The position numbers and the translations under genes are program-made. A DNA stretch of 64,000 nt, taken from assembly GCA_012295275.1 (NCBI GenBank), contig CM022672.1, forward strand, positions 13,268,001 through 13,332,000, given 5' to 3'. The notes below the pieces were generated by a model. It saw only the letters and a program-made list of their open reading frames with translations, did no database searches and was not told the origin of the DNA. This document shows positions 55,863 to 64,000 of the stretch, piece after piece (the first letter of the stretch is position 1; each line of letters starts with the position of its first letter). Source of the stretch: Chrysomallon squamiferum (Eukaryota > Animalia > Mollusca).

Positions 55863-57382
55863 TTGTAGGTAGGCCTTTTTACAAATCTACATACATACAT
55901 GCTTGCAAACCTACATGTATAACTGATACATCCATTGTATGCTTTAATGTATATACAGATGTGTACAGGCATAAACTGACATATCAGCGGATTTAGATTA
56001 CATTATTTCACTAATATTATTACTTATGACATATATATTTATGTAATATTACTTATACTGAGACCATCTTCTCAACCAGCACCATAATTTGTTTTTGTTT
56101 TTTTTTTTTTTTAAAGGAATATTTAAAATACGCATAAATTCAATAGTTAATTTTTCATATAAAAACATGAATGTTCATATTTGTTTCGATTATATTTGTT
56201 CAAAAATAGATTTAACGTCTACCTATTCATTTTTACACTAGTTGACTATTTAAAAAATATATTAAAAAAATAAAAATAATAATAATGAAAAGAAAATGCA
56301 TAGAGATTAAGAAAACGAAGATTTTGGACAAAATAGATTTAAAAAAAAAAAGATTATACATACCGAAGAAATGAAACAAATATGAAAGTTTTAAAATAAC
56401 AACTATATGAAGATAAAACAAAAATTTTCCGTACCAAAAAGCTATAACATACAATCATAAAACAAACATTTTGAAGATGAAATTTCAATATTTCTAAAAG
56501 GATCAGGCTCTATTTTCGGGGGGCCAGAATTTGTTCTAAATTCTTTTTAAACAGTCGTCGAAAACATATCTTCAAATAAAAATAAGTAAGGAGAATGTGA
56601 AAAATCCATGCAAATCGCCGCGCAGTTTAACGAATATTCCACGCATGCTTTTCGACCGAAACCGTCGACTCTCGGTTCAAAGCAGCCAATTGTGTTAGAT
56701 CTGCATGGATAACGACTGCGACTCCGTTCAAGCCTGTATCATCCAGATTTGCCCTTGACACCGTAATCCGAAAATACAGGTTTGTAAAGGATTAGCAAAT
56801 ATTAGCAGTCTAAAGTTCATATTTGGCCATCTCGACCTAAAACACACCTGGAAGTTAAAGTATTATGAAAAAGAAAAAAAAAAAAAAAAAAAAAGAAAAG
56901 AAACGGTTTGGGAGGTTAATTTTTTTTTTTTTTTTTTTTTTTTGACAGAAGAATAACGTCGACGACAGATAAATACTTTCTGTCATCATCGTGTTTGTTG
57001 ACAAATAAACAATATTTGCCAGTTTTTCTTCTGGTCGAATGTTTTGTAATTAACTTCTGCTCCAATCAGTAACTGTTTTTCTGGTCGTGGTAGCGAAAAG
57101 ATGACAATGAACTCGGGTGGTCGGAACGTCTTTATCAATATGAACAGAAGTGACCTGGAGGCTAAAAGCTGGAAGAAAGAGTTGATTAGTTTTGTTTGAC
57201 AAACAGTCCATTTCTGACGACCTAGTTTCTCCATGAGAAAAACAAAAGAGAAATAGAAAAGAGAGCATAGTGTTTATAATAATTTAAACTGCAATCACAT
57301 GAACCATTAATATGACAATATTTTATCATTTCTGTTGCTGCTGTTACTGTTAGTGCATTAATCGCGATAGCTTTAACGTTTG

Positions 57383-57750
57383 CTACTACTCCTACTACTA
57401 TTATTGCTCTTGCTGCTACTACTACCACCACTATTGCTGCTACAGCTACTATTACTACTATTACAAATTCCAGCTACAATAATTACAATTACTGCCAATA
57501 ACTGCTACTACTATTATTACAATTACTACTACAACTATTATTACAATTACTACTACTACCACTACTATTAGTGCTGCTATTTTTACCACTGCTACAACAA
57601 CTCTACAGCTGCTATAATACAACGTGAACTACTATTGGCATTACAGCTACTACTAACACTATTACCACTACAACCACCACCACCACCACCACTACTACTA
57701 CAATTACGACTACTACTACTACTACTTTTCCTTCTCAACCTTCTACTACT
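57383..57750. repeat. Degenerate (CTA/TAC/CAC)n trinucleotide tract
   Basis: Direct inspection. Confidence 0.85.
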
Positions 57751-58207
57751 CATATTTTTATCCATACTGATAATACTGTTACAAGAATTACTAGTACTCT
57801 TTCTATAACTTTAGTCAATACTATATAATTAATCAAAAGTACTACTTCATAAATAATATAGATACAACTAAAATAAATATATTTTAAAAAAAAAGAAGTT
57901 ATATAGTCAAGTAAAGCAGAATAAAATAAGGGAAATAAATTAAAGAATCTCTTGGAAAAGTCGCATACCAAGTCAAAAAGAAAAATGATGGAAAAACTAA
58001 ATTAAGTAAAGAAAACCAAAGCTGAAACAAGAAAGGTTAAGTAAAGAAGAGAAAACACAACTAAAAAAAAAAAAATAAAAAAAAAAGAAAACAAACAAAC
58101 AAACATACAAAAACCCCACAAAAACAGACAAACAAATAAACAAACAAAAAAACACAAACAAAACAAAATGAATAAAAAAAAAAAAAGATGGAAACATAAA
58201 CAGGATT

Positions 58208-58281
58208 AAAATGAACGCCGTCTAAAACGGTATCAGCACAATGATAAATAAAATATTCATAAAAATGTGGTCTATGTTTAA
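58208..58281 (+). repeat. ~75-bp dispersed repeat, copy 2
   Basis: Homologous to 55280-55354. Confidence 0.8.
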
Positions 58282-58510
58282 ACTAACGGAAACCCCCGCA
58301 TGAAATAAAAGTAATCTAAATGAAAACAAAGTTGAGTTAAATATAGCGACGAAAATACAGTAAGGAAGATTATGTGAAGAAATGTCAAGTTAAAAAAGAA
58401 TAAATTTTTAAATTATAAGTAACGCAATAAAGGAAAAATAGATTTAAATTAAATTAAACAACGTAATGAAAAGAACAGCGTATCAAAATGAAACAAAAGT
58501 AAAGCTACGT

Positions 58511-58641
58511 AAAAAATAAAAATAAAAATAAAAATAAAAATAAAAATAAAAATAAAAATAAAAATAAAAATAAAAATAAAAATAATAATAATAATTATAA
58601 TTATAAAAATAAAGTAAATATGATATAAAAAAATAAAATAA

Positions 58642-58693
<52 letters not shown>
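58511..58693. repeat. (AAAAAT)n and (AAT)n microsatellites
   Basis: Direct inspection. Confidence 0.9.
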
Positions 58694-58696
<3 letters not shown>

Positions 58697-60299
58697 TAAA
58701 CAATTAAAGATACAAGAACCCTGTTCCGGCAAATAACCAGCAGAAGATAAGTAAAACAAACAAACTTAAAAATATAGAAATAAAAAATTCTCAATAAAAA
58801 AATTAAAACGAAAAACAAACCTAACATTTTTGCCAAATCAAAGATATAACAAAAAGAAAAAGAAATTGCAAAAAAAAAAAAAAAAAGGAACGAAAACTCC
58901 ACAATAACCTAGAGCCTGGAGATGTTTGAATAAACTCCATTCTGATATCCCGTTCTAAAATACCACCATCAGGTGCTATTGGCTTAGGTTGAGTGAAGTT
59001 AAAACGCGCGTGGAGTGAAGGCGATTTGTTTGTGTTACGTCTTCTGCGCAACAAACTGACATGTCCGCCGCATATGGTTCCAGTGTCTTGTCACCGTGCA
59101 CTGGTATGGCACACAAAACATTCACTGGACAAGGAACTCCACAGCTTCAGTATTTATTTATTTACTGAGGTTGTTTGGTGGACGTGTCGGCTTCTGTGGC
59201 TTACTTGTTCCGAGATCTGAGTAAGAACCAAACAGCAGCAACCAAATCAGTGATTCAGTTTGACAGTTTCCTTATTTATATTAAAATCTGTATGATACCT
59301 TAAAGATAACTGAGTTATCGAGTCACTTACAGTTTCCTTATTTATTTTAAAGGTTGTTTGGTGGATAGTTGCTCTCCAACAGCTTTGAAGACAATTTTTT
59401 GTTCCAGTAAGACCATTTCTGTAATTCAGATAGCATATTTTAAATATTGTTTGGTTTATTTTCATACTTATAATTGTTTTAAAGATAATTGTTATCCCAG
59501 TAACATCATATCAGAAATTTACAACCCAAAGTCACTATTGTTTGATGGGAAGGTATATTTCTGTAGCTTATTTTTAAGTCAAATTTTAAAGATAACCGAG
59601 ATAAAAGTATATAACAACTTCAATAACCAACTTGTAGCAGTTTACTTATTTATTTTAAAGGTTAATTCGTGGACAGATCGACATTTACTGTTTAATTTTT
59701 TTTAATTTAATTATTTCCTTTTGCTGACATCATTCTTTCCTATGACGTAGTTATTCTTCCATACTTAAAAATATTGTGAAGAAATAAAAAGTTTCTAGAA
59801 TCCAGTCTCTCTGCTGCTGTGTTTAAAGTCTCTGAGAATGGCAAACGTAGGGCTCGGATCCCGCTACAGTTTCTATATAGAACTAATTGGACATTTTTTC
59901 GTCTCAAACACTTTCCTAACATACTAACACTAACACTAACACTGACTGATGTCTGTATGTTTGTATGTATGTATGTATGTATGTATGTATATTTGTATGT
60001 ATGCATGCATGTATGTCGTACATATTCTTTCCTGTCGGTAAATGTACAGACCAAAAATGTAAAATTCTTATAGTGTTAAAATAAGTCTTACTTTTAGATT
60101 AAAAAAAAACAACAAAAAAAGAATGGAAAAAAAAGGACCCCCAAAAAAAAAAACATAAAAATTCAGTATTTATTCTAACATATATTTTTACTCATTTTCT
60201 TTAACTTTTATATTACTTTTGTATTTTTCGTTAGCTTTCTTCTTTTCCTTTTTTTTAATTTTAAATTATTTAAATTTTCTTGCTTTTCATTCTTTGGTT

Positions 60300-61020
60300 T
60301 TGCTTTTTAAGATAACAATTATCAGACACACAAAATCGACATGTAACGAACAGTTCTGCCGTTAATGTGGTCGTTCGATGATACAGTGTTTTTTCATCTA
60401 AAAGAATTTCAGCGTAGACGTTTCCACCACTTCTTGTTCTTCGTCGTATCTGTGAAATCATCCTTGGGCGAGAAAAACAACTTAAATCAAATCTTCAATG
60501 GGACGCGCATGCACGCTTGTGGAATGTTACACATCTTCTGCGAGTTCGCTTGAGTGCACTTGAGTGCATTCGCAGCCAACAACATCATCGTCGTCACTAT
60601 CATCATCATCCGAAATCAAACAAAATATTTCTGGATTCAATTCATTTCTTTACCACCACAGCTCGGTAAATTGTTTGCTCGAACTAATTAGCGCCATATT
60701 CCGCAGAAGAAGTGTTGTTTTCCTGAAAAGAATTCGTAAGAAACTGGGACAAAGGCGAATTAAGCGAAGCAAACGCGCACGTCATTTTCACCTGGCTGCG
60801 AAGAAATGGAGAACGTTATTCGCGAGCCCGCCATTGGGCAGACTGATCGTCTGCATCAGTTGACGCGTCCGTTCTAATGGCCGAAGTCTTTGCCTGCAAA
60901 GTCTTCTCGCTGTTTGCTTAGAGCAGGGAACCTCAACAAGTCACGTTCAGCAGCCGATCTGCATGTTCTGCTGCTCTTTAGTTCGGGATTGCTTGCAGCT
61001 TGTTACCCATTTCCAATAAC
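60300..61020. promoter_or_regulatory. CpG/GC-rich putative promoter or enhancer of an unidentified gene
   Basis: GC- and CpG-rich island in AT-rich surroundings. GCGCATGCAC at 60505-60514, CACGTCA at 60778-60784, ATTGG at 60833-60837, TGACGCGT at 60861. No recognisable protein in any frame. Confidence 0.35.
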
Positions 61021-64000
61021 GCAACAACATTTTTTTGAAAGTTTGTTTTTGCACATTTTTTTTTAGAGTTTGTTTTTAATTATATTTTTTTCCCACCACC
61101 TCTTTCGTTACATGCCTATGTGTCGAGATTGTGTTGTAAAGGAATACATTTTTTTTTATGATATTTAAAACAAAAATTCCAAAGACGATTATTAGTCACC
61201 TACTTCATATTCAAGTATGCGTGCATGTTTATGTACATACGTACATATGTATTTATGTATTGTATGAATGATTAAGGATATGTAGGTATGTGTGTATATA
61301 ATTTGCATTTATGTATATGCATATATATATATATATATATATGTATATGTATATGTATACGTATATGTTTATGTAAATGCATTTTTATAAGTATTGAAAC
61401 GTACTGTGTTTGAAACTTTGACCTGATATGTAATGAAGACAAGTAATGCTACCTTTTTGATGTTCTTCTTTGAAGCCAGTATGGAGTATTTGGTACAACC
61501 TTTCACACTGCTGCATACTGATAGTGGAATAGCAGGTCCTGGTTTAATATTTTTTATAATCATCAGAACAAAATATGCTGAAATGTCGTTAAACAAACTC
61601 AAAGGAACAACAACAACAATAACAAACAAAAAAAGGAAAAAAAAAAATAATAAAAAAGAAGAACATTTTTATCATGCTACACTCTACAACAATGGATGAT
61701 TGAAAATTGAAAATGAATCTGCTTTTGTCGATAAATACAGAGATTTTTCTGTTTAATACCAAACTCTTTGTATTCAGTAGTTTGCGGTTAACAATAACGG
61801 GAACATATTAGTAAACAGCTCTTCTGACAAAATTAACTGTTGAATCTCGGTTTTGCCGAGATACCTGAATATTACGCTTTGATTTGTTGTGAATGGCTGA
61901 TGTGATTTCAGTACAGAATGAAAGTGTCCCGACAGCCTAAGCATGCCCACGCTACTGCTTCTTTTCAACAAAATACTTCAGCAAATTAAGTCGAGGATGT
62001 GCTAAATTGACTTTACACGCTGTTGGTGTTTGCGGCACTTCGCTGTCTGTTATCCAAACACTCCCGATTAGATTAATAGCGAGAACAAAAAAACCCACCA
62101 AAAACCCACCAAAAAATGGTTGAGACTTCTTGAATGTTTCTAGTTGAATTTCTCAGGTTATTTATCACCCTCCTCTTTTCCATTGATGTTAATTCCACGT
62201 CTTTTCGAGTTTAGCCAGTCGTAACTAACGCTGAAATGATGTGGCGCCACCTGGAATAGAGTTAGTTCCCCCTGAATCAGTCGTTACCCCATTTGTTTGT
62301 AGCGGTGATAATGAAAGTAGGAGTGTCTATACGGTTACATTGTATGAACACCTCAATATGACGATACACTGAGAGAATCTTTTCATTTTATTCTTCACTG
62401 CAGTATAGCATTGTAGATGACTGTTGGCCAGTAATTAGAACACTGGATTGAGTTTCGTAGGTTTCAGTTCTCCTTGCTGTGCCAGTTGGATTATATATCC
62501 CATTCTGTCCAGTGCTCCATAAATAATTTAGCAATGAACGCGGATATATCAGTTTTGTATTAGGAGACGCATGTAAAAAGTCAACAGCTGTCAAAGGGAT
62601 GGACAAGCACATCACTCTCATGCCATTATCATAAAAGAATAATAATAATAAAAATAATAATAATAATAATAAAAAAAAAAAAAAAAAAAAAAATAAAAAT
62701 AAAAAATAAATAAAAATAATACACAAATAATTTAAAAAAAAATAAAAATAAAATAAAGAAGAATAATAAATATATTCAGTAATTCTGACATCATAAAACA
62801 GCCACTACTAATAAAGTAATTCATTCATTTTTATTATTAGCTTATGTTTTATTGTCTGCGATTGTGCTTTAAAAATTACCATATTATTATCAGACTTTAA
62901 TTGTTCTCAAGTGTCTTCTTGATATTATTTTCAAAGAAAAACGGTACTTAATAATGTGAATTCAGCTAGACGAAATATCTAAACGTGTTCGTGTTTGAAT
63001 TCGCAGTAACTCTCTGCTCTTTTCTTTTTTAATTCTTTCTATAGGTGGTTATAGAGTTTGTTAGATTGATAATCAGAATTTCGCTTAGTCATTGTTTTGC
63101 CTGTAAGAGAAACCGCTAAATATATTATATCTTTATAACATATACATATGCATATATTTGTATGTATGTACGTAGTAAGTATGTTTGTATGTATGTATGT
63201 ATGTATATGTCTTTTTTTTATTTTTTTTTTTTTATAGAAAACAATGTTTACAAGAGGTAATTTACAAGAACAGTTAACTCAGAAATTAAAATAAATCGGA
63301 CAAAATGTTTCCATAAATTCTCAGTGTTTATGCTAAACTATATAAAGGGTGTAAGAATCTTTACCTACTGGATTCATTTGTTTTTGTTTGTGTCGAAAAT
63401 AAAAGTAAAACAGACAGTGATTATTAATATTTATTCTTCACCTTTGTCTCTTGTTTAAAACAATCAAGCCAAACGCAAAACGACATAATTGCTCGAGTGG
63501 GTCAACACATTCTACTACAGATCCACATGAGGTCCCAGACTGAATAATTCAGAACTAGAAGACATCCTCAAAACTGTCGTCTTTTTAACGATTCCGTACA
63601 AGGGAAGCAACTCGAAATTAACATATTCGCCGAAGTGGTCCGCGATTCGAGATTCCTAATCTTTTTGAGGGCGAATTCAAACAGTAAAATTCTTGCTGGA
63701 TTATTCTTCAATTTGCCAACCCTGCCTTGCGTCGATTTGATGGCTCTTGTTTAAATTTCTTCCTCTTTCTTGAGAGAGGATCAAAACACGCTGGGAGGCG
63801 GTGAGAGCAGGCCGCTTGTGTCAACCGCAGTAGCAGACTTTTGACGTGTTTCGCGATGGCAGTGGATTGCGCTAGCTGATGCAGATCTGATTCTTTATTT
63901 AGGAAAACATCGTTGGATGTCATAATTATAATCAAGTTATAAATTGTTTCAGTTTTTGGGTGGAATACTGTCATAATTCCATAGGATACTTATATATATT

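Noticed and set aside
56675-56734. Two Pol III B-box-like GTTCAANNC matches (tRNA/SINE head)
   Set aside because: No convincing A-box, cloverleaf, tail or target-site duplication.
59263-59665. CRISPR-like repeat/spacer pattern
   Set aside because: Eukaryotic context, degenerate and irregularly spaced repeats, no cas genes.

Overview
Animal (eukaryotic) genomic DNA, very AT-rich, with GT-AG spliceosomal introns. A lophotrochozoan, possibly a mollusc or cephalopod, is suggested by protein and microsatellite style, but this is inference only. Bases 1-48.5 kb hold five compact housekeeping genes whose exons I reconstructed by hand with consistent reading phase. (1) A BET bromodomain gene (BRD2/3/4/T, fs(1)h pro-ortholog; +, 584-19107) with a predicted 908-aa short form ending ...SDSDSG* and a 1292-aa long form carrying the P-TEFb-binding C-terminal motif. 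(2) TADA1 (-). (3) SURF4 (+). (4) C12orf57/GRCC10 (-). (5) eIF3g (+). TADA1/SURF4 and C12orf57/eIF3g are head-to-head pairs. Bases 48.5-64 kb have no recognisable coding gene; they are rich in microsatellites with several CpG-rich, regulatory-looking blocks. The most interesting signal is in the BET introns. Intron 3, which splits BD1 at the position of the vertebrate BRD2 poison-exon intron, holds a candidate cassette exon inside an extensive nested RNA fold, plus an element complementary to its 5' splice site. Intron 1 holds a candidate stop-restart cassette bracketed by complementary segments. Together these suggest a structure-controlled unproductive-splicing circuit for BET dosage in an invertebrate. 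Also notable are human orthologs mapping to MHC-paralogon regions and a Tigger4/MER46-like MITE. All splicing and structure claims are predictions made by eye and need RNA-seq, folding and covariation tests.
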